Assembly: GCA_021776825.1 (NCBI GenBank) | Contig: JAJFFG010000051.1 | Span: 17,283 to 81,282 of the forward strand | From: Planctomycetota bacterium | Lineage (GTDB): Bacteria; Planctomycetota; JAJSAM01; JAJVHW01 | DNA length: 64,000 nt | Direction: 5' to 3' | In this document: positions 18,881-27,730 of the stretch, in pieces | Numbering within the stretch: position 1 is the stretch's first letter | Layout: every line of letters begins with the position of its first letter | Translations under genes and position numbers: made by a program | Notes under the pieces: generated by a model | The model's input: the letters and a program-made list of their open reading frames with translations, nothing else | What the model was told of the DNA's origin: nothing | The model's database searches: none

Positions 18881-19456
18881 CTTCGGCCGATCCACGCCCA
18901 CCCAGCAGTTCGCCGAATCGAGCGCGCTCGCCCCGGCCTGCTTGGCGTAGAGGAAGAGCTGCATCCGGTACGCCACGAGCGTCTTCAACACCATGTCGAC
19001 GAACCCCTGGCCCTGCTTGCACGCAGTCCCCCACGGCATGGTCCGATCCGTCTCGAGCGCGTCGGCAACCTCGATCCCGTCGAGGATCTTCTCGAGCGCA
19101 TCCATCTGCGCGTCCATCGCATCGCAGAAGCCCTCGGGCGTAACCGCCTGTGCGCGCTCGTTGTGCTCGGGCCCGTGATCCCAGTTGTCGTTGACCAGGT
19201 TCACGGCGGGCAGCCACGCCGAGATCGCCATGTACTGCAGCAGTTCCCGCATCGACCGTTGCCCGTCAGTGGGACGCCAGTCCATCTGTCCTTCGGGGAT
19301 CTTGGTCGAGAGGTGCTTGATGATCTCCACCTCGTGACGCATCGAGGCGAGCAGCTGTTCCTTCGTGATCAACGGGGCCTCCGGGAGCAAGCAGAATGGT
19401 CGCGACGAGCGTCCAGCATACAGCGCACCGTGACCAGGCCCCGCGGCTCCCGCCAA
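18866..19456 (-). CDS. DinB/YfiT-like four-helix-bundle protein (hypothetical)
   Basis: Coding-like 196-aa ORF. The probable true start is MRHEVEIIKHL (ATG rc at 19340-19342), giving about 158 aa. Weak resemblance to the DinB_2 family. The stop abuts repeat copy B. Confidence 0.4.
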   Translation of the reverse strand: MAGAAGPGHGALYAGRSSRPFCLLPEAPLITKEQLLASMRHEVEIIKHLSTKIPEGQMDWRPTDGQRSMRELLQYMAISAWLPAVNLVNDNWDHGPEHNERAQAVTPEGFCDAMDAQMDALEKILDGIEVADALETDRTMPWGTACKQGQGFVDMVLKTLVAYRMQLFLYAKQAGASALDSANCWVGVDRPKPDEG

Positions 19457-19493
19457 CGTTGCACCGCTCCCGCGCCTCCCCCACCCTCTGCGG

Positions 19494-21311
19494 ATGAGCG
19501 CCGACTCCGCTCCGCTACTCGTCGATGTCGAGCGTCCGATGCGCCGCCTGTTCCGCTACCTGCGGCCCATGCGAGGTCGACTGACGTTCTCGGTCGTCTC
19601 GAGCGTGCTGAACAAGGTCTTCGACCTGATGCCGCCGCTGCTCGTGACGTGGTTCGTGGACGTTGCGCTGCGCGAGTCGCCAGAGTGGCTGTCGGCCATC
19701 TCCGGAGAGGGTATCCAGCCGGAGCTGATCGCTCTGGGCGTCCTCACCGTGATGATCTTCGCGGGCGAGAGTCTGTTCCAGTGGATGTACAGCTGGGGGT
19801 TCATGACGCTCGCGCAGAACCTGCAGCACCGCCTCCGTGTCGACGCCTACGACCGCATGCAGGAGCGCGAGCTGCGCTTCTTCGAGGAGCACCGGTTGGG
19901 CCGGACGCTCTCGATGCTGAACGACGACGTCAATCAGCTGGAGCGCTTCCTCAACGCGAGCCTCAGCGATCTGGTGCAGCTCACCGTGCTCGTGCTGTTC
20001 GCGGGCACGGTGCTGCTCTCGACGGCGCCGACGCTGGCGCTGATCGGGCTCGCGCCGGTGCCGCTGATCATCTGGGGCAGCCTCCGATTCTCGAAGCTGC
20101 TCGAGCCGCGCTACGCGCGAGTCCGCGCCGCGGTCGGTGAGCTCGCCGCGCGCCTCGAGAACAACATCGCTGGCATCCTCGTCATCAAGAGTTTCACCGC
20201 CGAGGAGCACGAGAGCGCCCGCGTCGAAGAGGTCTCCGACGACTACCGCCGCGCCAATCACGACGCGATCCGGCTCTCGGCCGTCTTCGTCCCTCTGATC
20301 CGCATGGCCATCGCCGTCGGCTTCGCCGGGGCCCTCGTCGTGGGCGGAACGTGGGTGGCTTCCGGCGAGCTGAAGGTGTCGGTCTTGGTGCTGTTCGGGA
20401 TGATGATCCAGCGCATCCTCTGGCCGATGACGCGGCTCGGAACGACGTTCGACGAGTACCAACGCGCAGCGGCGAGCGCTCGGCGCGTCTTCAGCCTCCT
20501 CGACACGCCGTCACAGGTGGTTGACCCCGCCGAGCCGCTGGAGCTCACAGCCGTGCGCGGCGAGATCGCGTTCGACGACGTCGTCTTCGACTATCACCGC
20601 GGCGAGAGCGTTCTGCGCGGGCTGTCGTTCCGGGTCGCTGACGGTGAGACCGTCGGCGTCGCCGGCCCGACCGGAGCCGGCAAGTCCACGCTGATCAAGC
20701 TCCTGCTCCGCCTCTACGACGTGACCGGTGGAGCCGTCCGCATCGACGACACCGATGTGCGGGGCGTGCGTCAGCGAGACCTCCGGCGTCAGATCGCCGT
20801 GGTGACGCAGGACGTCTATCTGTTCCACGGGACCATCCACGAGAACATCGCCTACGGTCAGCGCGCGAACGGCGTGACCGAACCGACGTTCGAAGAGGTC
20901 CGCGCCGCGGCACAGGCGGCGCATCTTCACGAGTTCGTGGCGACGCTGCCCGACGCCTACGAGACGGTGGTCGGCGAGCGCGGCATCAAGCTCTCCGGCG
21001 GGCAGCGCCAGCGGCTGAGTCTGGCGCGCGCCATCCTGAAGGACGCTCCCGTACTCGTGCTGGACGAGGCGACGAGCTCCGTCGACACCGAGACGGAGCG
21101 CCAGATCCAAGAGAGTCTGCGCAGTCTGGCCGCGGGACGGACGGCCATCGTCGTGGCGCACCGACTGAGCACGATCCGTCACGCAGATCGCATCCTCGTG
21201 CTCGACGACGGCCGCGTCGTCGAGGAGGGTCGCCACGACGATCTGGTGGCATCCGGCGGGCTGTATGCGGATCTGTGGAACGTGCAGTCGGGGAACATTC
21301 GGCCGGAGTAG
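19494..21311 (+). CDS. ABC transporter, fused permease/ATP-binding exporter (MsbA-like type I exporter)
   Basis: Six N-terminal TM helices. NBD with Walker A GPTGAGKST, ABC signature LSGGQRQRLSLAR, Walker B VLVLDEATSSVD and an H-loop. Confidence 0.9.
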   Translation: MSADSAPLLVDVERPMRRLFRYLRPMRGRLTFSVVSSVLNKVFDLMPPLLVTWFVDVALRESPEWLSAISGEGIQPELIALGVLTVMIFAGESLFQWMYSWGFMTLAQNLQHRLRVDAYDRMQERELRFFEEHRLGRTLSMLNDDVNQLERFLNASLSDLVQLTVLVLFAGTVLLSTAPTLALIGLAPVPLIIWGSLRFSKLLEPRYARVRAAVGELAARLENNIAGILVIKSFTAEEHESARVEEVSDDYRRANHDAIRLSAVFVPLIRMAIAVGFAGALVVGGTWVASGELKVSVLVLFGMMIQRILWPMTRLGTTFDEYQRAAASARRVFSLLDTPSQVVDPAEPLELTAVRGEIAFDDVVFDYHRGESVLRGLSFRVADGETVGVAGPTGAGKSTLIKLLLRLYDVTGGAVRIDDTDVRGVRQRDLRRQIAVVTQDVYLFHGTIHENIAYGQRANGVTEPTFEEVRAAAQAAHLHEFVATLPDAYETVVGERGIKLSGGQRQRLSLARAILKDAPVLVLDEATSSVDTETERQIQESLRSLAAGRTAIVVAHRLSTIRHADRILVLDDGRVVEEGRHDDLVASGGLYADLWNVQSGNIRPE

Positions 21312-21312
21312 G

Positions 21313-21737
21313 GCGGGGCCGGATGAGGTCACGTCGATTGCGAGCAGTCGGTTGGTGACGCGCTTCGGGACATGCGGCAATCGCCGTGCCCACGGTGTCT
21401 CTGGTCGGCTCCGCGGCCGCGTCACCTCGCTAGCGAGCGCGTTGCCCCTCGGTCGCACCCTTGCGTGGCCTCCACTACCCGCGTCACGGCGCGGGGTCAC
21501 GCCGATTGCGGGCGGTTCGTTGGTGACGGGCATCGGGGCCTGCGGCAATCGCCGCGCCTCCGTTGTTGTTGGTCGGCTCCGCGGCTGCGTCTGCTCTCAC
21601 GCAAGAGCAGACCCCTCGGTCGCAGCCTTGCGTGGCCTCATTCCCCGCGTCACGGCGCTTGCGCTGACGCGCAACCGCAGCGCGCAGGGCTAGGATCCGG
21701 GTCGGCCTCGCCCCCGCCAACCTCACGCGATCGCTGT
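21313..21737. repeat. tandem array of about 169-bp hairpin units plus GC stem-loop connector (composite repeat, plus orientation)
   Basis: GTCACGnCGATTGCG at 21328 and 21497; GCGGCAATCGCCG(T/C)GCC at 21374 and 21543, so period 169 bp. Connector CGCGTCACGGCGCTTGCGCTGACGCGCAACCGC at about 21645-21680. Confidence 0.7.
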
Positions 21738-22073
21738 GTCAACGGCGCCGTAGGGGCGGACCCCCTGGTCCGCCCCGCCGACGCGCGCCGCACGCACGAC
21801 TCGGGTGGATGGCGCACCGCGGACGAGGACCGTCGTGTGTTCGGCGACCGGCCGACGGCGCGGTCGCGGCGAGGCGGATGGGAAGCCATCCGGATTGACC
21901 GACGACCGTGCGCATCAAGTCATCGTTCGCTGAGCGCCCGCGTGCCCGAGTCCTCCGCGCGCGCCCCAGTCGGCGGGGTGGATCAGGAGATCCACCCGTA
22001 CGGCAGTTCGGGCACCGATCCGCGAGGTCCTCGTAGGGGCGGGCCCCCGGGCCCGCCCCTACGGCGCCGTTGA
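21738..22073. repeat. MITE-like element copy C (336 bp) with perfect 22-bp TIRs
   Basis: 5' GTCAACGGCGCCGTAGGGGCGG and 3' CCGCCCCTACGGCGCCGTTGAC are exact reverse complements. Nested palindromes GGGGCGGACCccctGGTCCGCCCC and GGGGCGGGCCcccGGGCCCGCCCC. Confidence 0.75.
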
Positions 22074-22079
22074 CCTAGC

Positions 22080-22490
22080 GTGTCCGTGGGATCGGAGGAG
22101 ACGACACCCATCCGGATCCCCACCCGGGGCGCGGAGGTTGCGCGTCAGCGCAAGATCCGTGACGCGGGTATGGAGGCCACGCAAGGCTGCGACCGGGGGG
22201 AACCGCTCTCGCGTGCGAGGTGACGCAGCCGCGGAGCCGACCAGAGACAAACGAGGGCGCGGCGATTGCCGCATGTCCCCGATCAGCGCCCGCCGATCCA
22301 CGGGCCCGCAATCGCCGTGACCGCCACGCAAAGGCAATGGAGGCCACGCAAGGGTGCGACCGAGCAGGCAACGCCCTCGGCAGCGGGGTGACGCACCCGC
22401 GGAGCCGACCAGACAACAAACTAGGGCGCGGCGATTGCCACATGCCCCCGACGAACGCCCACCCACCGGGCGCCCAGCAATCGCCGTGAC
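22080..22490. repeat. inverted (reverse-complement) copy of the connector plus tandem hairpin-unit array
   Basis: ggcgcggcgattgccgcatgtccccgat is the reverse complement of the unit atcggggacatgcggcaatcgccgcgcc. gcgcgtcagcgcaag...cgtgacgcggg is the reverse complement of the connector. Confidence 0.7.
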
Positions 22491-23912
22491 CTAGTTCCTC
22501 TGCAACTCCGCCGGGGTCATCGACACGCCTTCGGGCGGCGTGTCCTTGTTCTTGTCCCACCACTTCTTCGCGGTGCGCGCTCGGCGGCGGCGCTCGGCGA
22601 GGGACTGGTCCTGCGTGACCTCGAAGTCCTGCTGCGTGATGTTGCGCAGGGCGAAATTCGCCTGCTGCGCGACGTACGCCTCCTTGTCCTCGAGCGCCTC
22701 GATCAGGTACGGCGTGGCGAACCACGACTTCAACATCGAGAGCGAGCGGGCACAGGCGCGCCGCACCAGGAAGTGCTTGTCGTTCACAAGAGCCCAGGCG
22801 AGCGCCGGCGTGGCGGCGGGATCGCCAATGCGGCCGAGTTCGTTGGCGGCCGGGAAGCGCACGCCGTCCTCACCGGACTCGAGCAGGTCCTTCGAGAGAC
22901 GCACGACCTCCTCGTTGACCTCGGGAACCACTGGCTGGTCGTCCCGCGGCTGGTCGTCCACTCTTGTTCGCTCGGGAGTCGTGTCGGTCTTCTTGACGAC
23001 GACCTCGGGTCGCGTGACGGTCGCGTTCGCACGCGAGACGACATCGTCGATCCGCTGCTGCAGTCCCTTGAGCTCGCCCTCCATCCGTGCGACGCGCTGG
23101 TCGAGTCGCACGTCGTCCCGAGCCAGGTCGGCGCGCACGCCGGCCAGATCGGTCCGGAGTTTCCCGATCTCGTCGGCGACGTCGCCACCCACGGCCTCGG
23201 CGAACTTCTTGAGTTCACCGGTGATCGCGGCGCGATCGTCGTCGCGCTGCTTCGCGATCTTCGCGATGCGCCCGTCCATCTCGGCGCGGAGTGCGGCGAC
23301 CTCGTCGCTCGGAGTCGGACCGCCCGCCATGCGTTTCTGCACCATCGGACCGATCACGTAGCCGATGCCGCCAGCCAGCGCTGCAACGATGAGGAAGACG
23401 GCCAGCACGCGCAGACCACCGCCGCCCGACTTCGACGACGAGACGGCGCGACAACTCTCACAGACGACGCGGTCGCCCTGGACGAGTGCCTTGCCCGTCA
23501 CGACATGACTGTGCGGCACGACCGCTGAGCAGACGTTGCACCGCGTCGGCTTGACGGGGTCCTCCGCCTCGATGTCGGCAGCCATCTCGGCCTCGACCGC
23601 CTCACGACGCGCGGCCCGCTTGCCGGGATCAGCCTTCGTGCACACGGCGCAGAGGAGCGAGCCGTACTCCTTTCGAGCACGACCCGAGCGCTGGTCCGAC
23701 GCAGGGACCGACACGCGGCAGTTCGCGCAGAAGAGAAGCTCGAGCTCGGTGCCGTCGTCGGTGGCCGGCGCGGTCTCCGCTGGCTTCGCGTCGGCCGCTC
23801 CGTCGCGATGCTCCGAGCAGAGGTTCTTGCCGCCTTCGCCCATGGCGAGGCCAGACTCGACCTCCACGTTGGGGATCGACACGCCACACACACTGCAGAA
23901 ATGGAGTTCCAT
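22491..23912 (-). CDS. membrane protein: three N-terminal CxxC zinc ribbons, one TM helix, coiled-coil region, C-terminal HEAT/PBS-lyase-like repeats
   Basis: Probable start MELHFCSVCGVSIP (ATG rc at 23910-23912), with GGAGAG 7 nt upstream. CxxC pairs: CSVC...CSEH, CANC...CAVC, CNVC...CESC. TM helix LRVLAVFLIVAALAGGIGYVIG. C-terminal segment DPAATPALAWALVNDKHFLVRRACARSL is HEAT-like. Confidence 0.6.
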   Translation of the reverse strand: MELHFCSVCGVSIPNVEVESGLAMGEGGKNLCSEHRDGAADAKPAETAPATDDGTELELLFCANCRVSVPASDQRSGRARKEYGSLLCAVCTKADPGKRAARREAVEAEMAADIEAEDPVKPTRCNVCSAVVPHSHVVTGKALVQGDRVVCESCRAVSSSKSGGGGLRVLAVFLIVAALAGGIGYVIGPMVQKRMAGGPTPSDEVAALRAEMDGRIAKIAKQRDDDRAAITGELKKFAEAVGGDVADEIGKLRTDLAGVRADLARDDVRLDQRVARMEGELKGLQQRIDDVVSRANATVTRPEVVVKKTDTTPERTRVDDQPRDDQPVVPEVNEEVVRLSKDLLESGEDGVRFPAANELGRIGDPAATPALAWALVNDKHFLVRRACARSLSMLKSWFATPYLIEALEDKEAYVAQQANFALRNITQQDFEVTQDQSLAERRRRARTAKKWWDKNKDTPPEGVSMTPAELQRN

Positions 23913-24420
23913 CAAGGTCTCTCCGTGGCCTGCCATTCTAGCCCCCGTTCGCAGCCTGGCGCGTTCGTCGTCGGGAAACCGCGGTGCGAGGCCCCGTGCC
24001 CACGACCGCGAGTCCGATCTCGATCGCCAGAAGGGCCGCAAGGGGCGTGCCCGCCGCGAGCGCTATCGCTCGCGAGCGACCACGAACGCGCCCGGCAGGG
24101 AGCGCGAGGAAGTTCGCCGTGGCGTGAAGGTCGCGCGAACAGGTTGCGCGCGGCCGGGAGTTCGGTCAGATCGAGTCGTGACGAGCCCGGTCTGTCAGAA
24201 GGCGCCACGTCGGCCATCTGAACGGTGACCATCTGAACGGTGAATATCTGAACAGTGACCATCTGCACGGCGGCAGACGGAGCCGCTGCGGGCCGCGGGT
24301 CGGGACACGATGCGCGGAGACACCGTGCGTTGAGACACCGTGCGTTGAGACACGGTGCGTTGAGACACGGTGCGTAGAAGTACCGTGCGTCGAAGTACCG
24401 CGCGCCGCGAGGGCGCGGCG

Positions 24421-24501
24421 CTACATCACGAAGAAGGCGACGACCACCATCACGATCGCGACGAGAACGGGCAGCTCGGATGCAGCCTGGCGAACGGACA
24501 T
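24421..24501 (-). CDS. possible small hydrophobic peptide (26 aa)
   Basis: Reverse-complement ATG..TAG ORF: MSVRQAASELPVLVAIVMVVVAFFVM. GAGG is upstream of the ATG. Too short to validate. Confidence 0.2.
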   Translation of the reverse strand: MSVRQAASELPVLVAIVMVVVAFFVM

Positions 24502-24626
24502 CTCGACCTCCTGTCGAGAGCCTCAGATCGCGGCCTACCGGGGCCACGGCCTCTCGACACGGGGAGCCTACGATGAGGGAGGGACACCGATTCCCAGTCG
24601 CCGTCATGCGCAGGCTCGGGAGGCTC

Positions 24627-24950
24627 TCAGGAGAGCGCCGTGGGAGGTCGCGGGCTCGGACTGGGGTCGTCGGTGACCCGCTTCTTCATGAGGCGGCCAA
24701 CCTTGAACTTCACGACGCGCTTGGCCGGGACATCGACTTTCTCGAGCGTGCGGGGGTTCTGGGCGCGCCGTGCAGGGCGTCCCTTGATCTCGAACACCCC
24801 GAACTCGCGGAACTCGAGACGGTTGCCCTTGGCCAGCTCGTTGATGATCTCGTCGAGGAAGCGCTGCAGGATGTCCTTCGTGACGACCTTCGTCTCTCCG
24901 GTCTGCGATGCGATTCGTGCGACGAGTTCCTTCTTGGTGATCGTGGCCAT
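24627..24950 (-). CDS. HU/IHF-family nucleoid-associated DNA-binding protein with Pro/Ser-rich C-terminal tail
   Basis: MATITKKELVARIASQTGETKVVTKDILQRFLDEIINELAKGNRLEFREFGVFEIKGRPARRAQNPRTLEKVDVPAKRVVKFKVG is the canonical HU/IHF fold sequence. The upstream part of ORF 24627..25061 is rejected. Confidence 0.85.
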   Translation of the reverse strand: MATITKKELVARIASQTGETKVVTKDILQRFLDEIINELAKGNRLEFREFGVFEIKGRPARRAQNPRTLEKVDVPAKRVVKFKVGRLMKKRVTDDPSPSPRPPTALS

Positions 24951-25061
24951 GCTCAACTCCGCGGTGTCCGGCGGCTCGGCCGGGCGCCTTGGCGGCCCCC
25001 TCACGTTTCGACTTATCTCCGCTCTCCAACGAGAGTTAGAAGAACGTAGCCAAGTGGCCAC

Positions 25062-25958
25062 ATGGGAATCAAGCGCGAATCCGAGGTGGACGTGACGGAG
25101 CCCCGCCCTGAGCCATCACCCGCACGGGCCGGCGACACCGTCCGGACCCAGGTCACGTCTCGCTGGGAACGCGTGTTCCCGGACGAGACCACGCGCGACC
25201 GTCTCGCGCGACTGCGAGCATCTTACGAGGCGCTCCCGGTAGAGACCTGGGCGACGAGTCGCACCACGGACACGTCGGTGATCGAGGTCGGCGCACTTGG
25301 GCGCATCGTCCGTAAACGGTGGAGATTTCACGAGTTACGGGATCGTCTCCGCGGCATCGGGCGGACGACGGCGTGGGCCGACTCGCCAGCGGCCCGCGAG
25401 TTCGCCAGCCTCCAGGCTGGGGCGGACGTGCACGAGCAGGACGCCTCCGGGCTTCGGTACCCGCGACCGCTCGCAGTCCTCGAACTGCGTCAGGGGGGGC
25501 TCCTGATGGACTGCCTCCTGCTGCTCGAGGAGGTCGCGGGCGCCCGCGATCTGGCGACATGGCTGCGCGCGACGGATCGGCGGCGCGCGAGACGAGACGT
25601 CCTCGCTCAGCTGGGCCGCAGAGCGGCCGGCATGCACGCCCTCGGCATCGTCGACGGCGACTTTCATCTGCGTAACCTGCTCGTGGACCCCGAGTTGAGG
25701 CTCTGGAAGGTCGATTGTCGGCGTCTCCGGACGCGGGCGCTCTCGCGACGTCGGCGGGTCTACGATCTGGCCAGCGCCGACGTCGGCCTGCGCGTGCTCG
25801 CGTCGCGCACGGAGCGCGCGCGGGCTCTGCGCGCCTACGCTGACGGTCTCACACGGGCCGAGCGACACGCGCTCGCGAGACTCGTCGAGAGACTCCGCGC
25901 TCGGCTGGCTCCCGACGAAGAACGGCGTCTTCCGCCGATCGACGCGTCCGGCGACTGA
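25062..25958 (+). CDS. lipopolysaccharide kinase (Kdo/WaaP) family protein
   Basis: Kinase-like catalytic motif VDGDFHLRNLLV (the family's GDxHxGNxL). Divergent from the HU gene. Start uncertain. Confidence 0.6.
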   Translation: MGIKRESEVDVTEPRPEPSPARAGDTVRTQVTSRWERVFPDETTRDRLARLRASYEALPVETWATSRTTDTSVIEVGALGRIVRKRWRFHELRDRLRGIGRTTAWADSPAAREFASLQAGADVHEQDASGLRYPRPLAVLELRQGGLLMDCLLLLEEVAGARDLATWLRATDRRRARRDVLAQLGRRAAGMHALGIVDGDFHLRNLLVDPELRLWKVDCRRLRTRALSRRRRVYDLASADVGLRVLASRTERARALRAYADGLTRAERHALARLVERLRARLAPDEERRLPPIDASGD

Positions 25959-26099
25959 CCAGCGGCCCGTTTGGGACAGGGTGAGGAACAACGTTTCCAC
26001 TCGATCGTTCTCTCTCGATAACGATCGTTCTCTGGATCCCGACGGCTAGGGGGGGAAGTCCAGTGGTACGGCGTGTGCAAAAGGAACGGTGCGATCCCC

Positions 26100-26537
26100 T
26101 CAAAAAGGCGGCGTCAGGAGAGTCCCAAGCGGGGCCCTGGCGCCGTCGATCGTTTGGGGCCGGCCTACCGGGCTCACACGCACGGTCGCGCGCCCGGTAC
26201 GCCGGCCCCTCGACGGAGTGGTACCCGGGACGACACAGTGAGGAACACGGCGCGACGCGCTACGCACGCAGCACGAAGCGGCGAACTGGGCCGGAGTCGT
26301 CGACGTCGAACGCATCGGGGTCGGCGCAGCACGCGCGGAAGTAGGCCAGCGAGGCGGCGGGTCGAGGGTCGTGGTGTCGCTGAACCCGTCGAAGGTGAGG
26401 CCAGTCGCCGTGACGCGGAACGTGTAGCGGAACACGAGGCCGCGCTCCGGCACGAGCGCTCCCGTCCAGACGAGCTCCTTCAGCGCGTGTCCCTCGGGCC
26501 ACGGGTTCCCCGGGAACCAGATGCGGCCGTTCACGAC
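26100..26537 (-). CDS. hypothetical protein (only the N-terminal roughly 70 aa look protein-like)
   Basis: The frame continues downstream of the LAB_N gene: NGRIWFPGNPWPEGHALKELVWTGALVPERGLVFRYTFRVTATGLTFDGFSD, followed by an R/S/P-rich tail that may be spurious. Confidence 0.2.
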   Translation of the reverse strand, partial: VVNGRIWFPGNPWPEGHALKELVWTGALVPERGLVFRYTFRVTATGLTFDGFSDTTTLDPPPRWPTSARAAPTPMRSTSTTPAQFAASCCVRSASRRVPHCVVPGTTPSRGRRTGRATVRVSPVGRPQTIDGARAPLGTLLTPPF

Positions 26538-26836
26538 GGTGGTGCCTCGGCCGCGCGACGCTTGCGGTACACGAGCACGAGGTTCCGCGTGTAGACGACG
26601 AGGCCGAACATCTGGCCGAGCACCGCGGGCGGGGATGCGATCTGGATGAAGTAGACGAGCGAGATCGCGCCGCCGACGAGCGAGCACCACCAGAACCCGA
26701 TCGGGATGACGCTCTCGCCGCGACGCTCCGACACGACCCACTGCAGTGCGAAGCGCGTGAAGAAGATGCCCTGCCCCACGAAGCCGAGGATGTGGATCGG
26801 GTCCTGGAGAGCCCCGAGGAGCTCGCTCCAGTTCAC
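26531..26836 (-). CDS. lipid A biosynthesis N-terminal (LAB_N) domain small membrane protein
   Basis: About 101 aa, three hydrophobic helices (ILGFVGQGIFFTRFALQWVVSE...IGFWWCSLVGGAISLVYFI...). GTG start overlaps the stop of the upstream GT2 gene. This family characteristically partners GtrB/ArnC-type GT2 enzymes. Confidence 0.65.
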   Translation of the reverse strand: MNWSELLGALQDPIHILGFVGQGIFFTRFALQWVVSERRGESVIPIGFWWCSLVGGAISLVYFIQIASPPAVLGQMFGLVVYTRNLVLVYRKRRAAEAPPS

Positions 26837-27576
26837 GACTCCTCCTCGCCAACCGACACGACCCGGTAGCTCAGCCGCCGACGCTGCATCCACCGGATCG
26901 CGCGGAGATCGACCATCCCTCGAAAGACGCGGTTCCACACGCCGTACTTCGAGGTGCCACCGCGTCGTGGACGGTGTCGCACGGGGACCTCGACCACCGA
27001 GAAACCCGCCATCTCGGCGAGCGTCGGGAGGAAGCGGTGCATGCCGTCGAACGGGAGGAAGGCATCCCGCACGTCGCGGCGGAACGCCTTCAGCGGGCAG
27101 GTCACGTCCCGGATCGAGCTGGAGGTCCGGAGGTTTCGGAACGAGTTGGCGACACGCGACGAGGCCCGTTTGACGAACGAGTCGTGGCGCTCGCGTCGCC
27201 AGCCGCACGCCATGTCCGCGTCGCCGCGGCGCACGACGTCCACCAGGCTGGGCAGATCCCGCGGGTCGAGCTGACCGTCGCTGTCCATCATCGCCAGGAT
27301 CTCGCCACGCGCAGCGCGGAAGCCACAGTGCAGGGCGGCCGAGAGCCCGTGGTTGCGATCGAGACGCAGCACTCGCACAGTGGGATGGAGCCGCGCGAGC
27401 TCGTCCAGTTGCGCGGAGCTCCCGTCCTGCGAGCCATCATCGACGAACACGACCTCGTACGCGGGCGCGAGGTCCTCGAGCACCGGCAGGATCTCGTCGA
27501 GCAGCGTGCGCAGCGACTCGCACTCGTCGTAGACCGGCAGCACGAGACTGAGTTCGACGTCGTCGCGACCGCTCAT
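26833..27576 (-). CDS. glycosyltransferase family 2, polyprenyl-phosphate hexose synthase (ArnC/GtrB/DPM1-like)
   Basis: Start MSGRDDVELSLVLPVYDE (ATG rc at 27574-27576). DxD region VVFVDDGSQDGS. The upstream extension of ORF 26833..27885 is rejected. Confidence 0.85.
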   Translation of the reverse strand: MSGRDDVELSLVLPVYDECESLRTLLDEILPVLEDLAPAYEVVFVDDGSQDGSSAQLDELARLHPTVRVLRLDRNHGLSAALHCGFRAARGEILAMMDSDGQLDPRDLPSLVDVVRRGDADMACGWRRERHDSFVKRASSRVANSFRNLRTSSSIRDVTCPLKAFRRDVRDAFLPFDGMHRFLPTLAEMAGFSVVEVPVRHRPRRGGTSKYGVWNRVFRGMVDLRAIRWMQRRRLSYRVVSVGEEES

Positions 27577-27730
27577 CACACTCCATTCTCGTCCGCCGCG
27601 GACCGGCCGCGTCAGTCTACGTCGGCCGCTCCACGGCGAACGTACACTCCCGCGATGCGTCTCAGCGTCCGCGTCGCGATCGGCTCTCCGGGCGGAGTGA
27701 GGAGCCCGGCGTCGTGAGGAAGCCAACGTC

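Noticed and set aside
18336-19217. 293-aa minus ORF and other small ORFs reading through repeat elements
   Set aside because: They traverse the MITE-like and hairpin-unit repeats. I take those regions as non-coding because the same sequence recurs in both orientations at other loci.
21313-22490. Possible CRISPR array
   Set aside because: Repeats are about 170 bp composite units with internal imperfect palindromes, not 25-40-bp direct repeats with unique spacers. There are no cas genes, and the same arrangement recurs at four other loci.
26260-26502. Small ORFs between Kdo-kinase-like gene and LAB_N gene
   Set aside because: Low-complexity and overlapping. Only the minus-strand frame 26100-26537 has a protein-like stretch, and I kept it at low confidence.
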